A DNA stretch of 64,000 bases from Ginsengibacter sp. (GCA_039937655.1 JBDTGA010000006.1:20680-84679); one strand, 5' to 3'; counted from the first letter of the stretch, positions 37,525 through 48,227 are shown. The notes: generated by a model from the sequence alone, not told the origin. Translations and numbers: made by a program.

Positions 37525-39936
37525 ATGATAAGAAAACCACTCTTACTCCTTTTTACCACCCTTATGTGGTTGACAGCTACTTCTCAAATTAACCAGAAAT
37601 ATCAATTGCCTCCACAAAGTATTGTGGAACTTGCAGATGCCACTTTTCCAATTGTACAATTTAGTAAAGATGGAAAATATATGCTGGTTCTCCAATCGCC
37701 CGGATTTGAAAGCATAGAACAAATCTCACAACCTGTGCTCGGACTTGCCGGACTAAAAGTAAATCCTGCCAACAGTTCTTTAGAACCTGAAACATTCGGA
37801 AGCTATAGCAGCCTATTTATCAAAGACCTAAAAAGCGGTTTGGTACATTCACTAAAGGGGCTCTCTGACAAAATAATGATCACAAGCATCACCTGGAATC
37901 CTGATAATACAAAATTTGCCTTTGCCAATAAAACATTTAATGGGATTGAATTGTGGCTGGCAAACCTGTCTGACTTCTCCGCAAAAAAGCTAATCAGCGA
38001 ACCATTAAATGCCACTTATGGCAACCCTATTCAATGGCACCCTTCCGGCAAATATTTATTGGTGGAAACGATAAAAAAAGATCGTGGAAATCCACCTCAG
38101 CAATCTGTGGTACCCGAAGGGCCGATCGTGCAGGAAAATCTTGGGGTAAAAACTCCTTCAAGAACCTATCAATATTTATTGAACAGTCCCTATGACGAAG
38201 AATTAATGAATTATTATCTCACCTCCCAGTTGCAACAGGTAGATATGGAGGGCAATATGAAATCCATCTACAAACCAGCAATTTTTTCAACTGCTGATTT
38301 TTCACCAGATGGGAAATATTTGATGGTACAAACCATTGAACGTCCATACTCCTACCTGGTTCCAATTTATTATTTCCCCAAAAACACTTATATCCTTGAT
38401 ATGGAGGGCAACCTTGTGAAAGAATTATTCAAGGCGCCATTGGCTGATAAAATACCCATTGCTTTTGATGCTGTAGCTCCGGGGCCACGATCTTACCAAT
38501 GGAGAAAAGATGCTCCCGCCACTTTGTTTTGGGTAGAAGCACAGGACAATGGAAATTCAAAAATGAAAACGGATTTTCATGATGCATTATATTCTCTTTC
38601 AGCTCCATTTGCAGATCAGCCTCAAAAGGTATTCTCCATAAAATTGCGCTACGGTGGTATGGAATGGATCAATAATGAATATGCCATCGTAAAGGAAAAC
38701 TGGAGAAGCACCCGCACCTCAGTAATGACACTAATCAACCCATCAACAGGAACCGTAGTGAAGGAAATTTCGAACAGAAGTTCTGAAAATACTTATGCTG
38801 ATCCGGGACGCTTTATTAAAAGCAATGATGGAGAAAATGAGGGTATATTGTTAGTAGAAAAAGGGAAGAGCCTTGTCGTATTCACTACCGGCAATGGCGC
38901 TTCCGCCCAGGGAGACAGACCCTTTATCATGAAATGGGATTTGCTTAAGAATAAACAAGACACTCTTTTCAAATCCAATGCACCCTTCTACGAGCAACCT
39001 TTATTTTTTAATAATACAGGGATGGTTTTTATTTCAAGAGAATCAACTGAAACACCCCCCAATTATTATAGTATCCTTTTAAAAAATAAAAAAGCAACTG
39101 CTCTGACCCAATTTGCTGATCCTTATCCCGGACTAAAAGGAGTTCAAAAATCTTTGATTTCCTATCCAAGAAAAGATGGAATCAGACTGAGCGGAACTTT
39201 GTATCTGCCTAAGGATTACAAAAAAGAAGACGGCCCGTTACCGGTATTAGTTTGGGCTTATCCAAGAGAGTACAAAACGGTGGAAGCCGCCGGACAGGTA
39301 AAAGGATCTCCCTATCGCTTTCCTCGCCTGGCATTGCGTTCGCCAGTTTTTTGGGCTACAAGAGGATATGCAGTAGTTGATAATGCGGATATGCCAATTG
39401 TGGGTGTAGGTAAAGAAGAACCGAATGATTCCTTTGTAGAGCAAATTACTGATAATGCCACCTCTTTAATTGATTATATAGTAAGCCTTGGGGTTGCCGA
39501 CCGAAATCGCATTGCGGTTGGCGGCCACTCTTATGGAGCCTTTATGACTGCCAATTTACTGGCACATACTAATTTATTTGCAGCAGGCATTGCGCGCAGT
39601 GGTGCATACAACCGTACTTTGACTCCCTTTGGATTCCAGGGAGAAGCGCGCACTTTTTGGCAAGCTCCCGATACTTATGGGAAGATGTCACCTTTTTATT
39701 ATGCCGACAAAATCAAAACGCCCATTTTACTCATACATGGTATTGACGATGACAACTCCGGCACCTTCCCTGTGCAAAGTGAAAGATTTTACAGTGCTAT
39801 TAAAGGCTTTGGTGGCACAGTAAGGCTTGTGATGCTACCCAGGGAGTTTCACGGTTACAGAAGCCGTGAGTCGGTATTACATACCTTTTGGGAGCAGGAT
39901 CAGTGGCTTGAAAAATATGTGAAGAATAAAAAGTAA
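37525..39936 (+). CDS. S9-family serine peptidase (prolyl oligopeptidase / dipeptidyl-peptidase type) with an N-terminal beta-propeller
   Basis: 803 aa with a signal peptide, the catalytic GGHSYGAF and the C-terminal IHGIDDDN...FHGY. It starts 14 nt after the M14 gene. Confidence 0.85.
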   Translation: MIRKPLLLLFTTLMWLTATSQINQKYQLPPQSIVELADATFPIVQFSKDGKYMLVLQSPGFESIEQISQPVLGLAGLKVNPANSSLEPETFGSYSSLFIKDLKSGLVHSLKGLSDKIMITSITWNPDNTKFAFANKTFNGIELWLANLSDFSAKKLISEPLNATYGNPIQWHPSGKYLLVETIKKDRGNPPQQSVVPEGPIVQENLGVKTPSRTYQYLLNSPYDEELMNYYLTSQLQQVDMEGNMKSIYKPAIFSTADFSPDGKYLMVQTIERPYSYLVPIYYFPKNTYILDMEGNLVKELFKAPLADKIPIAFDAVAPGPRSYQWRKDAPATLFWVEAQDNGNSKMKTDFHDALYSLSAPFADQPQKVFSIKLRYGGMEWINNEYAIVKENWRSTRTSVMTLINPSTGTVVKEISNRSSENTYADPGRFIKSNDGENEGILLVEKGKSLVVFTTGNGASAQGDRPFIMKWDLLKNKQDTLFKSNAPFYEQPLFFNNTGMVFISRESTETPPNYYSILLKNKKATALTQFADPYPGLKGVQKSLISYPRKDGIRLSGTLYLPKDYKKEDGPLPVLVWAYPREYKTVEAAGQVKGSPYRFPRLALRSPVFWATRGYAVVDNADMPIVGVGKEEPNDSFVEQITDNATSLIDYIVSLGVADRNRIAVGGHSYGAFMTANLLAHTNLFAAGIARSGAYNRTLTPFGFQGEARTFWQAPDTYGKMSPFYYADKIKTPILLIHGIDDDNSGTFPVQSERFYSAIKGFGGTVRLVMLPREFHGYRSRESVLHTFWEQDQWLEKYVKNKK

Positions 39937-40015
39937 GACAATTTCGAAATGAGTTTAGTAAGACATAATGAGTTTAGAAACAATTCCTAAATAAAACTTC
40001 GCGACCTTTACCACG

Positions 40016-41002
40016 ATGGAAAAAACAAATTTTATTGATCTCATCAAGATCTTTTGCAGAAGTGGGCATGGTGGAGCAGGAAGCAAACATTTTTTACGTA
40101 ATAAACTCACCGCATTTGGTGGCCCTGATGGCGGCGATGGTGGGCGCGGTGCACACATTATTTTGCGGGGTAATAAAAACCTGTGGACACTCATACACCT
40201 ACGCTATTATAAAAACATATTTGCAGATGATGGAGAAAATGGGAGTAAAAATAATTGCACCGGGCGTGACGGAAAAGATGTCTTCATTGATGTACCACTC
40301 GGCACCATCGCCACACTTCAGGATTCAGGGAAAAAGGTAGAGATTATGGAAGATGGTGAAGAAAAGATTTTAATGCGTGGAGGCCGTGGTGGACAAGGTA
40401 ATTTTCATTTCGCTACTCCCACCAATCAAGCGCCTGAACACGCCCAACCCGGCGAATCCAGCGAAGAAAGTTTCGTTTCCCTGGAGCTAAAAGTCCTCGC
40501 CGACGTAGGGCTTGTAGGTTTCCCCAATGCCGGAAAATCAACACTACTTTCTGTGATCACCGCCGCAAAACCCAAAATAGCCGATTATGCTTTTACCACC
40601 CTCACACCGCAACTCGGTATCGTAGAATATCGTGACCAGAAGAGCTTTTGTGTAGCAGACCTCCCAGGAATCATAGAGGGAGCTGCAGAAGGGAAGGGGC
40701 TGGGGCACCGGTTTCTGCGCCATATAGAACGCAATCCCGTATTGCTTTTTGTGATACCAGCAGATAGTAACGGCCATGCCGAAGAGTTCAAGATACTGTA
40801 CAACGAATTAAAGGAATACAATCCCGAATTACTTGATAAAAAATTTGTACTGGCCATCAGCAAAAGTGATATGCTGGATGATGAATTGAAAGAAGCCATA
40901 GAAAAGGAATTGCCCAAAGATATTCCTCACCTTTTCATTTCATCAATAACCAACAAAGGACTGGCGGAATTAAAAGACCTGCTCTGGAAAACATTAAACT
41001 AA
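40016..41002 (+). CDS. obg: GTPase Obg/CgtA
   Basis: 328 aa. The Gly-rich Obg fold ([21 protein letters not shown]) is followed by G1 GFPNAGKST and G3 DLPG. Confidence 0.9.
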   Translation: MEKTNFIDLIKIFCRSGHGGAGSKHFLRNKLTAFGGPDGGDGGRGAHIILRGNKNLWTLIHLRYYKNIFADDGENGSKNNCTGRDGKDVFIDVPLGTIATLQDSGKKVEIMEDGEEKILMRGGRGGQGNFHFATPTNQAPEHAQPGESSEESFVSLELKVLADVGLVGFPNAGKSTLLSVITAAKPKIADYAFTTLTPQLGIVEYRDQKSFCVADLPGIIEGAAEGKGLGHRFLRHIERNPVLLFVIPADSNGHAEEFKILYNELKEYNPELLDKKFVLAISKSDMLDDELKEAIEKELPKDIPHLFISSITNKGLAELKDLLWKTLN

Positions 41003-41058
41003 AAAAAGTTCCTTACAAAATTTCATAAGATCCAATCACCTTTGCCTTTTAATTTTTT

Positions 41059-41958
41059 ATGAACCGTAAATTTCTTTTTTTTATAAATCCCATCTCCGGC
41101 ACTAAAAGCAAACTCCATTTGGTAGAAAAGATCACAAAAGTTTGTGAAGAAGAAAATCAGGCATTCGAGATATTGCCTACATCAAAAGAGGGGGATTATC
41201 GTTTTCTACCCAATAAAATTGACAATGACCATATTACTGATGTCATAATTTGCGGTGGAGATGGTAGCCTCAGCCCTATCATATCGGCGACCTTACACAA
41301 ACCCGTTCAAATCGGAATCATTCCACTCGGTTCGGGAAACGGTGTTGCAAGGACTGCCGGTATCCCCCAATCTGTGGACAGAGCACTCAAAACAATTATG
41401 CAGGGAAAAGCGCATTATGTAGATGCGTTTCTCATTAATGATACTTTCAGCAGCCATGTGTGTGGACTGGGTTTTGATGCAAAGGTTGCCCACGACTTTT
41501 CAAAAGTAAAAAAACGAGGTGCTAAAAGTTATGGAAAACTCATTCTGAAAAATTTTCTTTCGGCAAAGTTTTATCCTTTTACTATTGAACTAAATGAAAA
41601 AAACTTCCATACAGATGCCTTCCTTATCTGTATTGCGAATAGCAACCAGTTTGGAAACAATTTAAAAATAGCTCCCAGAGCTAGTCTCAGCGATGGTTTG
41701 CTCGATATTGTGATTCTGAAGAGAACAAGCAAGCTTCAAATATTGGTATCGTTTGCCAAACAAATCCTTCAGGGAAAAGTGAAAGATATACAGGCTAAAA
41801 ATTTTCAACAAAAAGACATCCTGTATTTTCAAACAGCGAAAATAAAAATACAAAATCCTCAAAAAGCACTCTTGCACATTGACGGCGATCCGGCACCCAC
41901 CGCTGAAAAATTCTTAATTGAAATTTTACCTTCAGCATATAAACTTATTCAGCCTTAA
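41059..41958 (+). CDS. Diacylglycerol kinase-family lipid kinase (YegS/BmrU-like)
   Basis: 299 aa with the motifs FINPISG, ICGGDGS and PLGSGNG. Confidence 0.8.
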   Translation: MNRKFLFFINPISGTKSKLHLVEKITKVCEEENQAFEILPTSKEGDYRFLPNKIDNDHITDVIICGGDGSLSPIISATLHKPVQIGIIPLGSGNGVARTAGIPQSVDRALKTIMQGKAHYVDAFLINDTFSSHVCGLGFDAKVAHDFSKVKKRGAKSYGKLILKNFLSAKFYPFTIELNEKNFHTDAFLICIANSNQFGNNLKIAPRASLSDGLLDIVILKRTSKLQILVSFAKQILQGKVKDIQAKNFQQKDILYFQTAKIKIQNPQKALLHIDGDPAPTAEKFLIEILPSAYKLIQP

Positions 41959-44176
41959 GTTGCATTATCTTTTTTATTTGTTCGATACCATCCACATTAT
42001 TTCTCCTCCTCAAAGAAGATCCCACCTCTTTCTTCTCGCTTGCCGTTAGGTGAAAATTGATGGGGGCTTCTCCCTCCGGGTCATCGGGTATATACATGAG
42101 GGAAACGCGATGAAGCTTTGTGCCAAAATCATTTTGCAAATAAGAGATTTCATCATCCTGAAAATAATCCTGCAACCTGAACCAGTTGGTTTGCATCATG
42201 GTGAAAGGGTTGGTAAGTAATTCGGAAATACCGCCATTTTTATAGTTTGCCTCCCAGCTCCCTTTCTTATGAGAGCGTATCTGAATAATCAAGACTCCGC
42301 GTGTGTTTTCATTGATCCAGTCTTTAAACACATGTAAAAAGCGATAGCAGGTTTCAGCGCCTATATTATCACGCAATCCCGCATCCATTACATCTATTAC
42401 AGGCTTAGAAGGCAACCATACGCTTGGTAATACATACGGATACGTTGCATTCATACGCAGAGCGGTTAGCATTCTTAAATTCATGGGATCCATATTCTTA
42501 AAAAGTGCTCCAAAATCAATCGCATCAGGTCCCGACATTTTCGAAGAACTGTCTTCAAACTCCGATTGCATTAAGAAACTCAGTGGCTGCGATGATACCA
42601 GCATCTTTTTAAAATCGCGTGTTACGGTAGAGCTCAATATCATCAAAGGGATACGGGCATCACTTTCTGGTTTTTTATAAAATCCAATCGCTTTATCAAG
42701 AACCTTTTTTGTATTCTGATTGAATTTTTCTTCAAAGGCATAACCCCGGTCTTTGACATAACGGTAATGCCCAAACGTAAATTTTTCCGAAGGAGAAACC
42801 AGATCTCTTGCAATCAATGAAGAAAAAACAGGATTTAATAAATCCTCAGAAATATTATCAAGATATTCTCTATCCTGAAGATGAATGAGTGCTCCATTTG
42901 ATTCCATGCGGGCAAGCTCACGAAAATAAGCCGCAGCAAGCATTCCACCCGATGCCCCACTCATCAGCATCGTCTTTCTCATAAGCGTACCTTGAGAAAT
43001 ACTATCCAATTCCTGTAATACATTCATACTAAAGCAAGCACTCCTCACACCACCACCGCTAAAGTTTAGCATTACCATCAGCGGCTTTTCCTCTTTTTGA
43101 TTTTCTTTCCAACGATTCAATATGGAAAGCATATTATTTTTATCGGAGTCCACTTTGGCTCGTGTATTCAACGATTCAAGACTCTTAAGAGAATATTCCG
43201 GTCTGTCGGCATTAGAATAATTAAGGCCATACGCTTTGTTTCTGGGATCTATGATATCATACTTATAAAGCACGTTGAGTGTGGCGTACAAAAAAATCAT
43301 GAAAAGTAAACTCCAGCTCCGTAAAAAATAAGACAACGCTCCAATCACCGCCACCATGATAGCAAAGAAGATTAGAATACTGGCGGCAGCCGGAATCTGA
43401 AATATTCTGTTGTCAAGAAAAAAGGCAGTGAAGATCAGAAAAATAAAAGCCAGAAAAACAGAGAGCATTGCGGAAACATGATGTCTTTTGAAAATAATAT
43501 CCAAAAAGTTCTGACTGTAATGCCCCACCGGCCTAACCTTTTTAATTTTGAACCGTGTGCTTAAATAGTGCTCAACCGGTAAACCAAAATTATCTTCCAT
43601 TGCACGAGGGTCTGAAGGCTCTGCTATTTTATTTTCGTCGAAATCCCCAAATCCCGGTTTGAAGGTTCGTATGATCCTTCTATCTGCACCAAAAAAATAA
43701 AGGAAAGAAACAAGAACCAAAAGAAAAAAACCACCCAGGAACCCTGCGGCATTCAATAGGAACTGCTCGGGCTTAATCAATTCTTTTACTATATCAAAAT
43801 AAAGAGCTTCCGCAAAATAGAGTACTAAAAAGGCAATGGGAATAATACTATTGTTCAAACAATATTTCAGAAATGGCTTGGAGCTCGTGGCCAGAAAACG
43901 AAACCGTACACTGTGCAAAATAAAAGTGGTAATATTCCAGCTCATAATAAAAATACCGGCACATACTCCTACAATGGCTGCGCCACCGGCATTTACAGTC
44001 CCCAGATATTCCGGGGCGAGAAACAATGCATTGGCGCCGAAAAACTCCATGAAATTCCCCGATACGGTGAGAAACAGAATAAGCCATAAAATCAATAAGA
44101 CCTGCGATTTCTTGAAATGCAACAGCAATAATTGGATGGGAAAAAAATGATAAAAATTATGGAAAATCTTTTTCAT
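41945..44176 (-). CDS. Patatin-like phospholipase with an N-terminal multi-TM domain
   Basis: The start was taken at MKKIFHNF; the track ORF extends 43 codons upstream into ctaA. It has the oxyanion motif FSGGGVRS and the nucleophile elbow GASGG. Its 3' end overlaps the convergent lipid kinase gene by 14 nt. Confidence 0.8.
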   Translation of the reverse strand: MKKIFHNFYHFFPIQLLLLHFKKSQVLLILWLILFLTVSGNFMEFFGANALFLAPEYLGTVNAGGAAIVGVCAGIFIMSWNITTFILHSVRFRFLATSSKPFLKYCLNNSIIPIAFLVLYFAEALYFDIVKELIKPEQFLLNAAGFLGGFFLLVLVSFLYFFGADRRIIRTFKPGFGDFDENKIAEPSDPRAMEDNFGLPVEHYLSTRFKIKKVRPVGHYSQNFLDIIFKRHHVSAMLSVFLAFIFLIFTAFFLDNRIFQIPAAASILIFFAIMVAVIGALSYFLRSWSLLFMIFLYATLNVLYKYDIIDPRNKAYGLNYSNADRPEYSLKSLESLNTRAKVDSDKNNMLSILNRWKENQKEEKPLMVMLNFSGGGVRSACFSMNVLQELDSISQGTLMRKTMLMSGASGGMLAAAYFRELARMESNGALIHLQDREYLDNISEDLLNPVFSSLIARDLVSPSEKFTFGHYRYVKDRGYAFEEKFNQNTKKVLDKAIGFYKKPESDARIPLMILSSTVTRDFKKMLVSSQPLSFLMQSEFEDSSSKMSGPDAIDFGALFKNMDPMNLRMLTALRMNATYPYVLPSVWLPSKPVIDVMDAGLRDNIGAETCYRFLHVFKDWINENTRGVLIIQIRSHKKGSWEANYKNGGISELLTNPFTMMQTNWFRLQDYFQDDEISYLQNDFGTKLHRVSLMYIPDDPEGEAPINFHLTASEKKEVGSSLRRRNNVDGIEQIKKIMQLKAE

Positions 44177-44199
44177 TACAAATATTGCTTCGGGGTTTT

Positions 44200-45267
44200 T
44201 TAAAAATATCTCCTCTGCCTCGCCGCCACCCGCACGAGGTACAGCATAAATACTACTGACATCAAAAATAATATTGCTACTAACTGATGTGCAACGCCCA
44301 ACCATACCAGGTTATTGCCATAGGGCGAGAGAAGCACCGTTGCAATTCCTAATGCGACCTGCAATAATACAAGGATCAAAGGAATAGACCTTGTTCTCGT
44401 AAATAAGATACTCCCTATTATTTTAGTTGCTCTGATACGCCAGATAATTATGAGTACCAAAAGTGTGTAAGCAAATCCGCGATGAATAAATTGAACAGCA
44501 ATTTTATTGTCCAGCAAATTCTTCCAACCCGGCGAAAGACTGTTGATAGTGTCGGGAATCCATTGTCCATTAATAGTAGGCCATGTGGGTGCTGCGACTG
44601 CGGCATGAAGCCCTGCCATAAAAGCGCCGTACATCAGTTGAAAAAAAAGAATAATAATAATTGCAACCGTCCATTTTTTCAATGGCCTGTTTATCACTTT
44701 CATTCTTGCCGGAACTGAAATACTCAATGCGAACCAAAATGTATAACAAAGTAATACCAATGCCGTCATAAAATGGGTGGCGAGCTTTATATGATCTACA
44801 AACATCCTCTCTGGAACCAGTCCGCTTTCCACCATGACCCATCCTATGGCGCCCTGTATCATGCCAAGAAGGAACAAGATGATCAACGGTATGATCATAT
44901 CCTTCTTGAACTGTTTTTTTAATAAAAAATAAAAGAACCCTACCAAAAAAACCACCCCCATCAAACGTGCCCAAAGCCGGTGAAACCATTCCCAGAAAAA
45001 AATAAACTTAAAATTACTCAAAGAAAAATCAGCATGAATAAACCGAAATTGATCTGTTCCCTTGTACTTATCAAACTCTGCCTGCCATTGCATAGTATTC
45101 AATGGTGGCAATACTCCTGTTATTGGATTCCATTCGGTAATACTTAATCCGGATTCTGTAAGGCGGGTAATACCGCCAAGAATAATTTGTATCACCAGCA
45201 TAAAAACTCCGAGGTAAAGCCATTTTGCAATATTCCTATCCGATCTTTTTAAAACAATATCGTCCAT
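44200..45267 (-). CDS. ctaA: COX15/CtaA-family heme A synthase
   Basis: 355 aa with about 8 TM segments, conserved His-containing helices (WFHRLWAR, FIHRGFAY) and ITRLTESGLSITEW. Confidence 0.8.
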   Translation of the reverse strand: MDDIVLKRSDRNIAKWLYLGVFMLVIQIILGGITRLTESGLSITEWNPITGVLPPLNTMQWQAEFDKYKGTDQFRFIHADFSLSNFKFIFFWEWFHRLWARLMGVVFLVGFFYFLLKKQFKKDMIIPLIILFLLGMIQGAIGWVMVESGLVPERMFVDHIKLATHFMTALVLLCYTFWFALSISVPARMKVINRPLKKWTVAIIIILFFQLMYGAFMAGLHAAVAAPTWPTINGQWIPDTINSLSPGWKNLLDNKIAVQFIHRGFAYTLLVLIIIWRIRATKIIGSILFTRTRSIPLILVLLQVALGIATVLLSPYGNNLVWLGVAHQLVAILFLMSVVFMLYLVRVAARQRRYF

Positions 45268-45428
45268 TATCTTTTCTTTTGGATTTAAAACTATTTACTT
45301 TCCGGAAAGAACAAAGGTAATCCCACAATGGCATACATTCTTTTCTCAGATTAGCATAAAACACTATGTTGAAAAATTCATTCTCAATAATTGAACCACT
45401 ATATTACTTTTGAAAAAAATAACCAGAT

Positions 45429-46016
45429 TTGCTTCTTCCTTTTTTTCATAATAAATTTCTTGAAGCCGGAGTAGATGAGGCTGGCCGGGGATGCTATGCC
45501 GGCCCGGTATATGCAGCCGCAGTAATTCTTCCAAAAGACTTTTATCATCCGCTATTGAACGATTCAAAAAAACTTACAAAGGAAGAGCGCAATTACCTGC
45601 GCCCGATCATTGAAGAAGAGTGCATTTCCTGTGCGGTAGCCAGGGTAAGCAACACAGAAATTGACCGTATCAATATTCTACAGGCTTCGTTTAAAGCAAT
45701 GCACCTCGCAATCAACAAACTATCTATTTCACCCGAGCTTCTGTTAATTGACGGCAACCGGTTCAGACCTCATAAAAGATTCCCATATCAGTGTATTATT
45801 AAAGGGGATGGCATATATGCTTCCATTGCGGCAGCGAGTGTGTTGGCCAAAACTTATCGTGATGAATACATGGAAGAACTGCACAATAAATATAAAATGT
45901 ATTGCTGGAATAAAAATAAAGGGTATGGCACGCCAGAGCACCGGTCTGCCATTGAAATCAATGGCCTTTGCCGCTATCACCGCAAGAGCTTCAACATAAT
46001 GCCCCGCGGAATTTAA
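45429..46016 (+). CDS. rnhB: Ribonuclease HII
   Basis: 195 aa with AGVDEAGRGCYAGPV (DEAGRG catalytic motif) and DSKKLT. Confidence 0.85.
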   Translation: MLLPFFHNKFLEAGVDEAGRGCYAGPVYAAAVILPKDFYHPLLNDSKKLTKEERNYLRPIIEEECISCAVARVSNTEIDRINILQASFKAMHLAINKLSISPELLLIDGNRFRPHKRFPYQCIIKGDGIYASIAAASVLAKTYRDEYMEELHNKYKMYCWNKNKGYGTPEHRSAIEINGLCRYHRKSFNIMPRGI

Positions 46017-46022
46017 AAAGAA

Positions 46023-46631
46023 TCATTCTGTCCACACTCCAAGCCCCTCACGTATTACAGTCCATTCATCGGTAGTGCAATCAATTACCGTAGAAGGAAT
46101 AATCCCTCCGGGGCCTCCATCAATCACAAAATCCACCCGGTTCCCAAATTTTTCTTCAATTATTTCCGGATCTGTAAATTCTTCTGCCGTGTCTCCGGGA
46201 AGTGAAGCGCTCAAAATAGGATTCCCTAATTCTCCCAGAATCGTTTGGCATATAACATTGTCGGGTACACGCAAACCAATTGTTTCTTTCTTGCTTTTCA
46301 AAATCTTAGGCACCTGCTTACTGGCTGGAAGGATAAACGTATAAGGGCCCGGCAGGGAGGCTTTAAGAACTCTGTAAAGAGGTGTGTCAATACTTTTGGA
46401 ATAATCGCTTAGGTGACTTAAATCCCTGCAGATAAAAGAAAGTTGCGATTTTTTCGGATCCACATTCTTTATTTTACAGATCCGCTCGACCGCTTTCGGA
46501 TGATGAATATCACATCCCAGTCCATAAATGGTATCAGTAGGGTAAATAATAATACCTCCATCTCTCAAACAATCAATCACTTGCTTCAGCAACCGTACTT
46601 GAGGATTTACAGGATGTATTGATAAAAGCAT
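46023..46631 (-). CDS. tsaC: L-threonylcarbamoyladenylate synthase (TsaC/YrdC type)
   Basis: The start was taken at MLLSIHPVNPQ (codon 20 of the track ORF). YPTDTIYGLGCD and the YrdC-fold pattern are present. A CAAAGGTA box (minus-strand TACCTTTG) lies at 46657-46664. Confidence 0.85.
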   Translation of the reverse strand: MLLSIHPVNPQVRLLKQVIDCLRDGGIIIYPTDTIYGLGCDIHHPKAVERICKIKNVDPKKSQLSFICRDLSHLSDYSKSIDTPLYRVLKASLPGPYTFILPASKQVPKILKSKKETIGLRVPDNVICQTILGELGNPILSASLPGDTAEEFTDPEIIEEKFGNRVDFVIDGGPGGIIPSTVIDCTTDEWTVIREGLGVWTE

Positions 46632-46684
46632 ATTAAAAAAATATTTTAAGGAAATACAAAGGTAACCGTAATAGTATTGTAAGC

Positions 46685-46790
46685 GCATCGTCCCCTTCGG
46701 GAGACGATGCTCAACTAAAAGGGAAACGATGCTCTATCCTGAGATCTGTCGCACTGTAATCACACCGCCCCTTTCGGGAGACGACGCTCG
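46685..46790 (+). repeat. GC-rich structured island: a cUUCGg-capped hairpin plus three copies of GGRRACGAYGCTC
   Basis: The hairpin 46685-46710 is 10 bp with one C-A mismatch and a UUCG loop. The copies are GGAGACGATGCTC (46700-46712), GGGAAACGATGCTC (46721-46734) and GGGAGACGACGCTCG (46776-46790). Confidence 0.5.
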
Positions 46791-46885
46791 AGCAGGAAAA
46801 GGCCAAACTAATTAACCACCTAACTAATAAACCAATAAACTAATTACTATTACATTTGCAGCGATTAAAAAAATTAAAATCTTTT

Positions 46886-47809
46886 ATGGCTATCATTACA
46901 TTGGGCACTATGGCTTTCGACGCTATTGAAACTCCGTTTGGAAAAGTGGATAAAATCGTAGGTGGTTCTGCTACTTACGTGGCTTATGCGGCGAGCCACT
47001 TAATGCAACCTATTCAACAAATTTCTATTGTGGGAAATGATTTTCCTGAAGAAGAAATGGCTGAACTGAAGAAACGGGGCGTGCAACTAACAGGAGTGGA
47101 AATTGTTCCCGACCAAAAATCATTCTTCTGGAGCGGCAAATACCATCTCGATATGAACAGCCGCGATACTTTGATCACAGATCTGAACGTGCTTGCGAAT
47201 TTTAACCCAAAAGTTCCGGAAGAATACCAGGGAGCAGAGTTTCTGATGCTGGGAAATCTTATGCCAAGCCTGCAATTAAGTGTAATTGAGCAATTAAGAA
47301 CCAGGCCTAGGTTGATCGTACTTGACACAATGAATTTCTGGATGGAAAGTGCTATGGAAGATCTGAAAAAAGTACTTTTGAAAGTGGATGTATTATTGAT
47401 CAATGACAGCGAAGCACGGCAATTGGGTGGTGAATATTCACTCGTAAAATGTGCCAAAAAAATTCTCCAAATGGGACCTGCATTTTTAATCATAAAAAAA
47501 GGAGAACACGGGGCATTATTATTCCATGAAAATAAAGTTTTCTTCGCTCCTGCATTACCACTGGATGACGTTTTTGATCCCACCGGTGCTGGTGATGCTT
47601 TTGCAGGCGGATTCATCGGCCATCTTGCACACACAGGAAACATCAGTTTTGAAAACATGAAGACAGGAATTATCGTGGGATCGGCAATGGCAAGCTTTTG
47701 CGTAGAAAACTTTGGCCCTCAGCGATTAAAAGAAATCACAAGAAAAGATATAGATTCTCGTCTGGCCGAGTTCGTACAACTGTCTAACTTCGATATTTCC
47801 TTAGTATAA
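46886..47809 (+). CDS. PfkB-family carbohydrate kinase
   Basis: The start was taken at the ATG (MAIITLG). The C-terminal DPTGAGDAFAGGF motif is present. A TACATTTG -7 box lies at 46851-46858. Confidence 0.8.
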   Translation: MAIITLGTMAFDAIETPFGKVDKIVGGSATYVAYAASHLMQPIQQISIVGNDFPEEEMAELKKRGVQLTGVEIVPDQKSFFWSGKYHLDMNSRDTLITDLNVLANFNPKVPEEYQGAEFLMLGNLMPSLQLSVIEQLRTRPRLIVLDTMNFWMESAMEDLKKVLLKVDVLLINDSEARQLGGEYSLVKCAKKILQMGPAFLIIKKGEHGALLFHENKVFFAPALPLDDVFDPTGAGDAFAGGFIGHLAHTGNISFENMKTGIIVGSAMASFCVENFGPQRLKEITRKDIDSRLAEFVQLSNFDISLV

Positions 47810-47861
47810 TGAATAAAGCCGTACATTCTATAGCGTCTTTCTTTTTAAAATTATTATAGGA

Positions 47862-48155
47862 ATGCTTGATTTAATTCTCCTCATTTTTCTGGCAAGAGAC
47901 ATCGGCAGGATAGCCGCACGTAAAGGGCTCAAGCATTCTACCTGGAAAATATACACGGTGGCCTCTTGGCTTATCGCGGAGGTATTGGGTCTAATCGTGG
48001 GCGTGATCATCTTCGGCCCCAACAATCTTTTTTCCATAATCATGGTTGCCATTACCTTTGCCATTACCAGTTACTTTATCATAAAAGCACAACTCGGTAA
48101 ATTACCCGATCAGGGCATTGATGATGATATTAATAATATCGGACAAAATCATTAG
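47862..48155 (+). CDS. Small membrane protein (97 aa), hypothetical
   Basis: Three hydrophobic segments and no known motif. Confidence 0.5.
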   Translation: MLDLILLIFLARDIGRIAARKGLKHSTWKIYTVASWLIAEVLGLIVGVIIFGPNNLFSIIMVAITFAITSYFIIKAQLGKLPDQGIDDDINNIGQNH

Positions 48156-48227
48156 AAGTCTTTTTCAACAACCTTTTGAAAAACACTCCTTTAGCCGTTA
48201 TCGCTTCAACTTTTTAAAATAAATTTT

